Below, in pieces: positions 21,498-33,265 of a stretch of DNA of 36,568 nucleotides. Position numbers and translations under genes: made by a program. The first letter of the stretch is position 1; each line of letters starts with the position of its first letter. Source of the stretch: Octopus sinensis (taxonomy: Eukaryota); contig NW_021828090.1 in the NCBI RefSeq assembly GCF_006345805.1, positions 1 through 36,568 of the forward strand, given 5' to 3'. Under the pieces are notes generated by a model, which was given only the letters and a program-made list of their open reading frames with translations, was not told the DNA's origin and made no database searches.

Positions 21498-22050
21498 ATG
21501 TCAGTAATTATAGTAATTTTGTCACGTTGCATCATGTGGTTCACCAGTTGTTACAACTCTGAAGGCGCACAGAATTCGAGAAAGCACTCTTCCCAGCTGG
21601 AATTATCCAGACGACAATCCCAGGATCTCAGCCCCCGATGGACGGAAGGCTTGAGCATTCTGCTTTCGGGCAATGTTGAGGAAAATTCAGGACCCTATCT
21701 AATCATACTCCAACTGAACATCAATGGAATAAGAGGGAAAGTTCTTGAATTACGGACATCCCTCAAAAAACATAACATCAATGTAGCTGCCTTGCAAGAA
21801 ACCAGATTAACACCTTCCTCTATTACTCCCTCATTCCGGGATATAACTGTATCCGCTTATGCCGGTTAAACCGACTTGGCGAGGGCCTTCTGTTTATTAT
21901 CAAAAACGGTTTTATTATCACTATACGGACTCCACGGATGACCCCCTTCCGTTCCGCACATGCATTGGGTCCAGAGTTTAACATCGGGAAAAGCTGAGAA
22001 AAATCTTAAGGATTGTTAGAATCACCTAATTAATTACCCTAATTAACTCA
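21498..22050 (+). mobile_element. Internally deleted Ingi/Vingi-like element: leader + degenerate 2A + APE N-terminus joined to the 3' tail
   Basis: GNVEENSGP then LQLNINGIRGK...VAALQETRL; from about 21945 the DNA matches 1545-1650. Confidence 0.75.
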
Positions 22051-22129
22051 AGAGTTAAATTAAAAAAATGTTAGTAATTACTACCTTATCAGAGAGCAAG
22101 GATCCAATAATAACCAGATTATTGAAAAG

Positions 22130-22395
22130 GTGATTTTAAATCAATCAATCTTGGTTATAGCAATTGGAAACCTGATTGCTAAATTGGCAGCGAGAAGTGT
22201 ATGTCCCCGCCTCAGCTCAGAATTTCCACCTTACTTACTCCGGGTGGGTATTGCCAACGGTTGCGAATTCGACATCGTCAATTCATTTCTTGTACATCAA
22301 TCTTTCCTGGTGATACAACTACCCGAATTAGCAGTCAAATTGTTTTTTGCGGTGCAAGTGATTTCATTGGTCATTGCTATTTCTAAGTTTGGTGG
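22130..22395 (+). mobile_element. Degraded CRE-like RT fragment
   Basis: VIAIGNLIAKLAA...FPPYLLRVGIANGCE aligns to RPIAVGNILRR...LPTQLGVGVRGGAE at 6420-7140. Confidence 0.55.
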
Positions 22396-23291
22396 GGCGA
22401 TTTTATGCTTGAAAAATTAAAAATTTATACTGTTTAATCTAAAAAAATATTGTTGTCACCACGCCTCGGAAAATAAGTAAAAAGTAACTAGTAAAAAGTA
22501 AAAACAAATACAGAACTATAAGGAATGTTTTGCACAGATTGTAAAAGACATAAATTCCTTCTACAGTCCTGGAATTTGGATGCCGCGTACTAAAAATGAC
22601 TAAATTGGTTAAATAAATTTTTAAATAATTTTAATAACCATTTAAATTATTGATAGAGGGTTATAAATTAAATAATCTATTTTTCACTAAAAAAATTAAT
22701 TAATTTTAATTATCTTCTAAAAAAACTGCGACCACTTCGACAAAAGTACCTATAAAGCAATAAAGTTTAACTCTGGAAAGAACATCTTAGTTATTAAATT
22801 TCTGTTTTCGTTATTTGTAGTGTTTTACTCTATCAACCTCAACCTCTTAGGGCCCACGTATAGTGCATGGATGTGCAGATTCATGTCAACGCGCAGTCTA
22901 GATTCAGGGACTACCAAAGTAATGACAAAGTAATGACAAGATTTAGGTCTATATTAATTTGCCTAAAAAATCTTGCGGAAATTTATTTTTCAAAGCCTCT
23001 TTTAAAATTCGATATTTTAAAGCAGCAGCTCCCAACTTTAATGTGGTTGCGAAACCCTTTTATTTTAATTTTTTTCTGATGAGAACTTTCAATTAAATTA
23101 TTGAAAATTTCATTTCATTATAACCAAAAAGGATTCTTTGACACCAGAGAATAGCAGTGAAAGAATACAACGATTACTAGTATAATTTGGACCCATGTGT
23201 TTATTTTTAACAAAACTCAAGAAAATTTTCCGATCATACATTTAGCTCTACGTCAGTGCGTTTCCTTTTATCTCTTCCTTGTATCGAATTC

Positions 23292-23600
23292 TTAATCACC
23301 GTCCAAACGGGGATGATTTTTTTCAAATTTCCTAACACACTTCTCATAGGCAAGATACTCCTCTTCAAGGGGACCTCCGGTAGATCTTGCCATCGCTAAG
23401 AAGATGTGCTGTCTTTCTGTAAGATGGTCCATTAATTTTTTGACGTTGAGCGTATTTCTTAATTCCGAAGTCTGCGTCATTTTGTCACGTTTCAGTAATA
23501 TCCGTAAGCACTGGTTCTGTACGACTTTCAGTTTGTTTTGTGCGGATATTAACAATCTACCACGAAAATTTTTTTTAATAATTTCAGGTTCACCTACATT
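23292..23600 (-). mobile_element. APE-type LINE (I/Jockey-like) 3' remnant
   Basis: KLKVVQNQCLRILL...TSELRNTL resembles the KL..QN..LR motif downstream of the RT thumb. Confidence 0.55.
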
Positions 23601-23868
23601 AAAAAAATGACATTTTTAAATTACTATAATACATGAAAAAATATAATATAAATCAATATGAACAGTTGGAATTTATAATTAGTATTTTACCCGTACAAGG
23701 TATTTTAATCAACTAATAAAACATTGTATTATCATTTTTAATTCTTATAATTTTTATAATTTATTTTATTAAAATAAAAAATTATAAATTTAAATAAAAT
23801 AATTAATTCACGTTTTTCTTACGTAGTGCTGAATCTTTTATTAAAATAATAACCAAATTACCTTTGAA

Positions 23869-25217
23869 ATGGACGGTAAATTTTTTTCTAGTTAACATAA
23901 TCTAAAGATACTGAAGAATACTATTCAGACGAATCATCAGAGACCTGTTCTTTCAAAGACTACCCAAACAAAAATTTCGATACAAAACCAACGAGCGGAC
24001 CATCCTGTTCAGAGGAAGACATTCAGTCAAATTATTCCGATTATGACAACGAGAGGTTTCTATATTCTGCGTAATATCATCACAGTGTCTGTTCTGGAAT
24101 AAAACGAGTCAAAGAACTCGAATTTGTCACATCTACAGGCATTTTCTTATCATAACAAACACAGGAAAGAGAATTCCTCCCAAAATCATTAACGAAAATA
24201 CAAATCAACTGGAAAATCTTAAATCTAAATCAACACGTTTTCAAATTGGTATTTTTTATTGATATAACAGAATTGTACAACAAATTGTTGAAATGTCGAA
24301 TGAAAGTTCAGCCAATTCTGGCAAATGTAAATTCTCTGCCACAGAAACATTTATTTAGTCAAATTGAGGGGTGTGGGGACCTCGAGTTGACCCAACAAAT
24401 TGAATCCAGTTTTTAGATTTTTTAATTTTTTTAGTTAGGGATAAACTAAACTGTTTTACCGATTCATTTGAAAGTATTTTGAATTCAGTTTGTTCGTCTT
24501 TTTTGGAAAAAGACGTTGAAATTGCCGGAAATGAGTTTCTTGAGGATTTTGATGTTAAATTGAAGGATTGTCGGTTAAAAAATAATCATTATTTTGTAGA
24601 AATGGAATTCTGCAAGATTGATTTGATAAGACAAGACTTTCAGTGGCTAAAATGCCGAAAAAAGACTTTTCCAATTTCGAAAAATCTCCAGTAGTCCAAA
24701 TTGAACAAATCATGTCAGATCCGACTCGTTTAATCAGGAAAACTCAAATGAATCGTTCAAATTGTCGTGTAGTGGGACAGATTGACCAGTCAATGCCTTT
24801 GACACGTGTCCAAGACTTGAGAAACGACGGGACTCTTTATCAATATGACACAGAGATGTTTGACGATTCGGATTTCTATCAGAGACAGCTTAGTGATTTT
24901 ATCAAAAAGAAGACGGAAGGGTCTTTGGATTGTTCACAAGTTGATAAGTTTGTGTGTTGGTGATGAGATAGGAATTATTTGGATATGCGTAGTCGAGCTC
25001 AATATAAAATGGATAGACCTGTGGATGTGAGAGCTACAAAGTCGAGAAAAATAAGGTTTGGAGGTTTTGTTGTTTTTAGATATACGGTTATTAAGAAACT
25101 TGCTGGATTTTTTGCGCCTGTCGATACTAGTACGTGGACGGATGAATCAATGTTGGTTTTTTTTAATTTTTTGTTAGGAATGAACTTTTTGGCTCGTTGT
25201 TTGGAAGGACGGTTTAG
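23869..25217 (+). CDS. AATF: AATF/Che-1/Bfr2 (SSU processome factor); 10 exons, 370 codons, in-frame TGA at codon 197
   Basis: Introns 23876-23907, 24056-24085, 24139-24164 (GC-AG), 24249-24270, 24409-24434, 24574-24599, 24948-24971, 25056-25079 and 25152-25177 give a 1113-nt frame: acidic N-terminus, QIELYNKLLKCRMKVQ..N.LP, RNGILQD*FDKTRL, FDDSDFYQRQL, DVRATKSRKIRY..KL..F.AP...LFGSLFG. Confidence 0.9.
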
Positions 25218-25638
25218 TTATTTTTTGTAATTTTTTTTGTACATTTAATTATTGTAATTAACACGATTTTTGAATAGATTTTGATTATTACAATAATTTT
25301 GCTGAATAGTGTTTCCAGAGATGTTTGTTTTAATCGAGATGACGGGAATACATTCTGTAAATGTTTATAATAGGTGGAAAATGTTATAATTTGATTTTAA
25401 TACTGTTGATATAAAACCCCTTTAATGAAACGTTGCTAAATGACAAAAAATATTTTGTTTTTCGGAATTAGTAAATTTTTAATATGGTTCAATGTAGTTA
25501 AAAGTCGTTCAAAATGAATGATATTTAATTTACTGACTTTTGTGGGTGAAGAGTTATCTTCTGACTAATATGAGTTAACAATTCATTACGTTTCATATTG
25601 CGATGGTACAAATTGTCATTCCAAATGAAGATATATGG

Positions 25639-27120
25639 CAGGGGTGTCAATGTTACGGCCTGTGGACGATCTAATATGGCCCGCAAAAAAGTTTAAAAGT
25701 TTTTTTAAAATCTTGAATTATTATTTAAAACTAAATAAAAATATAGATTCAAGAATTCTCGCCCCAGAACCTACTGATGTCAGCATCCTCCTGAATCAAT
25801 CGCCACAACTGCTGGATGCAGAGAAGTACCAATTCACAGTTGAGACTTTCAATTCCTTGGAAGGAGAGGTAATCTGGTTCGTTCAGGAGATTTGGATATC
25901 TACATTCACAGGCGACACCCACGAATCGAGATGGTTTATTGAACGGATATCCATTGCGATAGTACGCTTTAACTCTTTCTCGATTGGGTCAGTCTCTCTC
26001 CCAGTAAAGAACTATCCTTTTTACAATGATTGATATTGATTTAAAAAAATTTTAAAAATTACAAATAAAAATATATTACTTGAAAAATAATTAATTGTTT
26101 AAATATTTTATTTAAATGAATATATTTTTGGATTTAAATTGTTTATTTTGTTTCGTGCCGATCCATTTTTAAACAAAACGTAGAGTTGATACAGAATGCG
26201 GGTTATTCCAAAGAAAGTTGCAACTTAATATTTCTTTGCCGAGTTAAAGCATTAGCCTCACAAGAAATACTGTTGCGAATAGAATTCGCATATTCAACTC
26301 AAGACGAAAATCAGTTCATTCATTACCTTTCATATTGCTATTGACGAGTATGCTGACATTATGGATGTGGTTCAGTTAGATATATTCATTTGTGGCGTGG
26401 ACGAGGATTTGACGGTCACAGAGAAATTCCTTGATTTGATACCTTATAATGGACACGCCAAATGAAATATTCAAATATCTTGTCAGTGTGTTGGATAGCT
26501 TTGGAGTAGAATGGGCACATCCTGTTAGTGTGGCTACAAATTGGGCTTCATCAATGTTTGGAAAAAAACTGGCGTTGTGGCTCAATTCAAAGACAAGTTA
26601 CAGCTGCAAATGGAGAATGTGATTTTTGAATATTTCACTTTATTTTGCACCAAAATGTACTCTGCACCAAATCGTTAAAAATTTACCATTTAATGGAGGT
26701 GGTCATTTTGACGACAAATTTTATCCTTGCAAGATGTCTAAATCACCGTCAATATGAAAATATTCTCAGCAATATTGGTTTCACTTGGGGATCATTCAGA
26801 GGTAAGGTGGTAAGTCGAGGTGTGGTTTTAAAGTGATTTTTTTATTTAAGACAAGAAATTAAACACTTCATGTTTGCAATAAACAAAGCTTTATTAGAAT
26901 TGGAATCTCTTGATTGGTTGCTAGACTTAGCATTTTTGGTGGATATTATAGAACACCTGAACACGCTTAACAAAAATTTGCAAGGCCGAAATAAATTTGT
27001 TACACAGTATTTCGAATGCATACAAGCTTTCACTATGAAAGTAATGTAATAGGAGACACGATTGACAGTAAGAAACACTGAACATTTTTCTTGTTTAAAA
27101 AGTGTAAATTCCACTTTTCA
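25639..27120 (+). mobile_element. Degraded Buster/SPIN-type hAT transposon with left end
   Basis: CAGGGGTGTCAA terminus at 25639 preceded by ataTAtgg; FSIAIDE, HSEVRW.SRG and DWLLDLAFLVDI motifs with many stops and frameshifts. Confidence 0.75.
25730..26033 (+). mobile_element. CRE-like 3' remnant inside the hAT
   Basis: TVETF...TGDTHESRWFIERISIAIVRFNSFSI matches the CRE C-terminal RISIAIxRGN motif. Confidence 0.6.
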
Positions 27121-27227
27121 TAATTGATAACAAATGACGAAATTGATTAAAATACAAATTGGATCAAACCAATATAGGTTTTTTATATGGAGTTTTAACC
27201 AATTGAACTAAAGATAAAGCTCTAGAA

Positions 27228-28500
27228 CAGGGGTCGGCAGAATTTCCGACTTCACGGGCCGGATTATAAAAAATTATTGGTCTGCGGGCCGGATAATTTT
27301 TTTACTTATTTATAGGCTAATATTAATTAATTGAATAAAACTTTATTTAACCAAATAACGAGTAAATTTTAATTGAATTTGCTGTTTAATTTTTCATATA
27401 CTGTCATTTATTGTTCGAGAGTTCATCGATATTAGGTGCATAGGTTGTGGACGCTAAAATTAAAACATCATTAAGATGATTGTCCGTAATTCTTGTTCTA
27501 TGATTGTTTTTCATTTTTGAAAATAACTGTTTGCAAACAAAAGTACTTCCAAATTATTATTAAAGCAATCTCGCGGAATCAAAAAGTTAATTAAGATTCC
27601 ACTTTTGCCATCCGACTCAGGATACGCTCTGTTAGTCGTATCCACGCTCCCCTGTTACGTGCGAGGCATCTCAGTTCGTCCAGATCATCGGCCGATTTCA
27701 GTTTCCTTCCAATCGACGTGAGATCATGGTCGAGCGTAGTCGGTAATGTTGTTCTTTGTCGGCCCCTATATGCCGTTTTATTTAATGAGCAGAAGTAGGA
27801 TTCCATGTTCTGATTGGCCGGCGTCATTTCCGAGGCTCTAAGTACATGTCCAAAGAGCATCCACTTCGTGAACATCACTTTCTTTGCAATCTCGGATGTA
27901 TGGGTGATTCTGTAGAGTTCATTATTGGTCATCTTTTTTGGCCAGTGAATTCCCAGGAGTAGTTGTAGTTGTTTTCTGTGGAAAGAGTTGAGCTGCTCCA
28001 GTTCTTTAGCGATTAGGCCCCAGGTCCCCGCGTTGTAAAGCAAGATTGGTTCGACAAAGGAGTTGTACAGCCGAATTCGAAGGCGGGTTCCTATGTACTT
28101 GCGCCTCATCCAGATCGTCCACAAATGCAATAAGTTTAAAATATAATTCATATATCAGCAGATTTTTTCCTTGTAAATTCAAATTCAGATCATTCAGATG
28201 AAAAGTAATGTCAACCAGAAATGCAAATTTTTCAAGATCATACAAGTATGAAGCATCAAAATTTTTACTTTCAAAGAATAATCGTACCTTATTGTGCAAT
28301 AAAAACAATCGTTTCAACATCGATCACATGCTTAGCCATCTACGTTAGACGTTAGATCTCAGTATTTTGATAACTTCATCAATATTTGGTTTTAAATTGC
28401 TGCATATATTTTTCCAAGTGAAATAATTTTCGTTATTTCGTATCCGGCTCTTGTTACATTTTCATTATTTTCAATTTTTTAATAAGGCCTTGTTGAATTC
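27228..28500 (-). mobile_element. Second Buster/SPIN-type hAT, 3' part and right end
   Basis: Terminus CAGGGGTCGGCA at 27228 preceded by ctcTAgaa; minus strand LKRLF...FAFLVDITFHLNDLNLNLQGK and FGST..C.QLFSKMK...RTRITDNHL (dimerisation region). Confidence 0.75.
27591..28128 (-). mobile_element. RTE-like LINE 3' fragment inserted in the hAT
   Basis: RIRLYNSFVEPILLYNAGTW, WMLFGHVLR, RGRQRTT, ARNRGAW. Confidence 0.8.
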
Positions 28501-28539
28501 GTAAAGTGCGCTTCAGTGATTCAATTTTATCCTCACGTA

Positions 28540-28617
28540 GCCTTCAAAAATCCGGGGGTGCCCCAAAATCCGAGGGTGCCCCACCCCTGGGGTCTACCCC
28601 AATTCGGGGTCGGACTG
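28540..28617 (-). mobile_element. Possible Tc1/mariner-pogo terminus (solo)
   Basis: Minus strand TA|CAGTCCGACCCCGAATT with repeated GGGGCACCC motifs; no partner end or ORF found. Confidence 0.35.
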
Positions 28618-28807
28618 TATTTGAATATATCGGAGAATGATTTGTTTATAGTGAAGTCGAATGTTATACTCCTTCATAACAGAGAGATGTTCGTGGCATA
28701 TTAAACAATAAGCTTTCTGCTTTAATTCATCTTTCGCAAAAAATATTTCATTTCCCATAATTTGTTAAATACACGACATTGGCGATCAACTTTTCTTTTC
28801 ATATTAG

Positions 28808-30656
28808 TAGGGCAACCAATTGCAATTTTTTGCAATTAAATATAATTTAATTAAAATTCGATAAATAATAAAGTAATGAATAGACATTAATTTTAATTAT
28901 ATTTTTATTCGATTTAAATTTGCAATTTTTTGCAATTTTTTGTAGTCATTTTACAATTTTTTGCAATTTTTTTAAATTAAAAAAAAAATTTTTTTATTAA
29001 AAAATAATATAATTATAAGTAAAAGATTATTAAAACGTGTTTTAGTTGTTTGTTGTAATGGGTAAAAGGACAGTGTCACAGAAAATTTCATTTTATGCAA
29101 AGAAATTCCCCGAGTTTGTTATTGACAGTGAAGGGAATTTATTTTGCTCCAATTGCTCAACTGTTGTACGGTGTGACACAAAATTTTTTGTTGATGCGCA
29201 CCGTTCTTCAAAAAAACATTTAAAAGCACACAGTATTTCTTTGAATTTAAATTTATAGAATGGACAAATTCATCTCAGAGTTCACAAACATTTCTTTCGG
29301 CGATAACGGATACTCGAAAGGATTGGGGGATCAAAGTAACACAAGCGTTTTTGGAGGCAAACATACCAATTTATAAAATCAGACATCCTTCCCTCATACG
29401 GCTTTTTGAGCAGGAAACATATCCTTTGCCATCTGAATCATCTTGCAGGTTAAATGTTAAAGAAATATCAAAATATAAAATTAATACCATTCAGACTCAT
29501 TTACTGTTGTTTTTTTTAAGTTATTCAATAGTGGGGAATGTGTTTTTTTTGTTTGTGATGAAGCCCAAATCAATGGAACTCGTTTTTTAATTACTTTGAT
29601 TGGGAAAATCTCCACTCCAAAAAATCTTCATTTAGTATCGTGTACCAATCTATATTATCCGCCTACTACTTCAACAATTTGTGTTGAGGTGGACAAAGTA
29701 ATAAAGAAATTTTCTATTGAACGTGAAAATTTTATATTATTCGTTACAGATGGGGCGAGATATATGACCAGTGGTATATATAAATAAATTTAATTTTAGC
29801 TGGGGCATCAATGAAATTGATATACCAAAATCTTTTCCACGTGACTTGCGTGTCACATTTATTGCACAACTGTGCTCTAAAGATTAAGGCATACTTCGCA
29901 GATGTTGATGAATTGATTTCGTCTATAAAGGCTGCCACAGTCAAAAACAAGAGACGTTTGGAGATGTTTTCACGAATCGGAAATCCACCCGAAGTTGTGG
30001 TTACAAGATGGGGAAGCTGGCTAAAAGCAGCAAAATATTACTCCCAGAATCTTCCAGAAATTATTAAAATCGTATCTGAATTTGAAGGAGATGGAGTTTT
30101 AATACAAAATGTTTTAGTTTTTAATTATTTTAGGCAAAAAAATCAGTGAATAATCCTACGTTGTTTCCAAGCTTAACCCAAATCAGTTCAAATTATTTGG
30201 GATTAATTGAAATGATTTCAAATACTGAATTGCTTGATTACTCCATTGCAACAGCTTATGGTGATCTAAACACCCTAGACTTTACATCAGATCCATGCGA
30301 CATAAAATCCTATATATCAAAAAAGCTTGAGAAATCAGGAATACTAAGTATTCTTGAATTCTCAAATAAGAATCTATCGCCAGAAGTTTATTCACATCTC
30401 AGAAAATGTAGCGCAAGTTCAGCATCTATCGAAAGGGCAATATCTCTTTTGACGAAAATTCTTAGTAAAGAGAGGAACTTTAAACCTGAAAATGTTCAGG
30501 AATATTTGATTTCCTATTACAATAAATAATTTCGTTAATTTTTTGCATAATGTAATGTTTACAATTAAAAAAAATTATTTTTGCAATTTTTTACAATTTT
30601 TAAAATTCATTTTTGCAATTTTTTTTATTAAAAAGTGCAATTTTTTGGTTGCCCTA
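28808..30656 (+). mobile_element. CGGBP1-like hAT transposon, copy B, intact (1849 bp)
   Basis: 12-bp TIR TAGGGCAACCAA; 8-bp TSD CATATTAG (28800-28807, 30657-30664); subterminal TTGCAATTTTTT repeats at both ends. Confidence 0.97.
29058..30529 (+). CDS. Intact spliced 456-aa hAT-type transposase (CGGBP1-like)
   Basis: Introns 29233-29258, 29506-29531, 29774-29799 and 30111-30133 give a 1371-nt open frame; CSNC..H..H zinc finger, VCDE, VTDG, CxxH, TRW, SIERAIS. Confidence 0.9.
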
Positions 30657-30943
30657 CATATTAGGAATAGCAACAAACAAAAATTTAATGTTAATGCTGA
30701 TAAGTTTTTTTCGAATTAAATCTTGCGAAATAGTTTATTTTTTTAATTAAAGTTTTTATTTGAGTTAATTATTAAAATATTAATTGAATATCTCGAAAGG
30801 GGTGCATCGTCCTGGGACGAAGATGTCGCCAGGGGGACAAGTTTTGATGGTTCTTTTCCGGTGAGTATTAGGTACCCCCTGAGCGTTTCCAAATGCGTCT
30901 GAATTGCAAGATTCAAGCGAGTTGGTGAACCACATAACGCCAC

Positions 30944-31396
30944 GTGTTTCGACTTACTTCCGTTCCCTTCTGCAGGAGTCAGACGGTCCTAGGGGTAACC
31001 CTCGACATGCACCTCTGTTTCTCCCCTCATGTGGACAACCTCCTTCGCAAATGCGAACATAAACTGAACATTCTGCGAACTCTATCTGGTATTTGGAAAT
31101 ACGGGTCGCACCCGGTACTGGCGAATATCTACCGCCAGTACTTCGAACCCTGTGTTGCGTACGCTTGCGGATCATGGGGTCCGCGGCTATCGTGGTCCAA
31201 CAGGAGGCGAATCGAGGAGGCCCAACAAAGGGCCCTCAGATTAACCGATCGTTGGTCACATGATAGCCAACGCCCCGGTCCAGCCTCTCTGGAAGACCTC
31301 ATCAAGGCCTGCCGCCCTGTGCGATCTTGTGTGGGCTCGTGGAAAGACCACCGAGCGAGGATGAGGTCCCTGGTTGAGTGTATCGGGATCACGTGA
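30944..31396 (+). mobile_element. Ingi/Vingi-like LINE 3' fragment, second subfamily
   Basis: VLGVTLD..L.F..H, IYRQYFEP..YAC..WG..LSWSNR, ends RPVRSCVGS...IGIT*, colinear with 1151-1627. Confidence 0.75.
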
Positions 31397-31859
31397 CATT
31401 TGTTCGGTTTTTAGCGTGGTCTTGGTGTTTTAATAAATAAATATTTCGAAATAGTGGGCGGGCTGTAGTTTGATGACGTCTGAAATATGCCAAAAGAAAT
31501 GTAAGGACGGTACTCATGTCTAACAATGGAATTTATTTTAATTTCTTTAGTTAAAATAGTTTATTCAACTAAATACTAACATTTGTTCAGGATAAAATGT
31601 AACCAGTCGCTCATGTGTATTCATCCACCCATGTCACAAAATTAGCTAAAATGAATAACTATTTATTATACTCATAAAATGGTCTTTTCAATGTGATGAA
31701 AATTATTCGACTACGAAGAGCTTTTCAAAGATTATTTGTCATTATCAACTATTCCGAGTTATTATGGAATTAACATAAAAAGATGTTTCAGTTACCCGTT
31801 GGTTTCAGATTTAAATATTCAATTCAAATTTTTTTAAGATATTAAATTGTTAAAAATAA

Positions 31860-32120
31860 TTGTAATTTACTAGAAGTTAACAAAGCCATCCATCCGAAGT
31901 GGACCCCGCCAACATAATTGACGTTGCGTTGCCTCTTACGATAGCAACGGAGATCAACTGGAGAAGCCACCGGGTCTCACGTGTGTCGTGGGTTTTTAAT
32001 GTGGCTAAGCGTCCAAGCTTCTTTAGGAAGCGAAGCGATTTCCCACTTATTCCTCCAGTTGTCTCGACCACAATCGGGCGGAACATTAATTCCGTGGCCT
32101 CTAAAAAACATTCATCGGAA
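31860..32120 (-). mobile_element. CRE-like 3' end remnant
   Basis: FRPIVVETTGG...ETRWLLQLISVAIVRGNATSI. Confidence 0.75.
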
Positions 32121-33029
32121 AAATACTCTAGAAGTCAGTAAAGTAAGTGTTTTAGATCTTCTAAAAAGGTTGATTACAGGACATCATATAAATTTTTTAA
32201 ATTAGTGATCGCTTGAATCCATCTAATTCATTCGATTCTTCTGCATCCACAAATCAGCTAAAGTTCTCTCCTTAGTAAATTAATTATCCATTTCCGATCT
32301 TTTATTGATTTCTCAATTTGTTTTATGTGGATCCCTATTCTTTGATTACCGGATCTGTTTATTTTGACAACACTCAATCTTCCTTGGACTTAAAAATTAA
32401 TAGTAGAAAAAATGTTAATTACATGTAATTAAAATCAGCAAGGAATAATTCTAATAATCCCAAATGAATAATAATAAATCTAACTTTCTAAATGTTTTTT
32501 TAGTGTTAGAAAGTTTTATCAGTTAGAAAATTTTTCATTTGTCAAGATTATTTGTTTTTAGTAAATAGTGAGAACAGCTGTTCTACAAATTAATTAAAAT
32601 GGACTATAAAATAGAATAATTAAGTATTTTTTCTTAACAAGTGATCTTCAAATTATGAATTAAATTAAAAACGAAAATAATTCATTATAATCAAGGCTTA
32701 GCGTTACTTTAATTAAAAATAGTTTCTCCCAAAAGAAACTATTTCATTTGTCTCAACTTTTAGATAACGTGAAAAATGAAGTGAACATCTAAATCTCGTA
32801 AATGCAGTTCTCTAATAACCAGTAACAATTACACCTAAATCACAAAAATGAATCGAATCAATCTATAATTGGTTTATAAAGTTACATAAAAAGTGTAGTG
32901 AATTCTATTTCACTGTCAAACGCTCAACTATTCAATAAATTATAAAAACTGCAAAAATTTGTAAAACAACTAAAAGCTTTTTTATTTATAAAAAGAAACT
33001 AATTAACTAAGTAATTTTTTTAACTAAGT

Positions 33030-33265
33030 CCAGAGCCTTCGAAGTGAGCAGAGGATAGCACTCCACGCACCTCCTCCCTTTCTTTCTCCTCTTCTTTGGC
33101 ACTTTCGACCTCATCACACACACGGGATGACATGGACTTTGCACTGGTGCATCAGTCCTAGCTCGTTTGCAAGGAAGTTATACTTCCTCCTTTTCTCCAC
33201 TTCCACTGTCTGCAAATGGTCTAGGCACGTGATGCCCACTTCCACGATAACGATCTCCTCTGTGA
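33030..33265 (-). mobile_element. R4/Dong-like endonuclease-domain remnant, third subfamily
   Basis: Minus strand reads EIVIVEVGITCLDHLQTVEVEKRRKYNFLANELGLMHQCKVHVIP. Confidence 0.7.

Noticed and set aside
32170-32520. Possible minus-strand host gene piece with intron-like segments (SVVKINRSGNQRIGIHIK, RWIQAIT)
   Set aside because: No stop-free spliced frame or recognisable domain could be assembled
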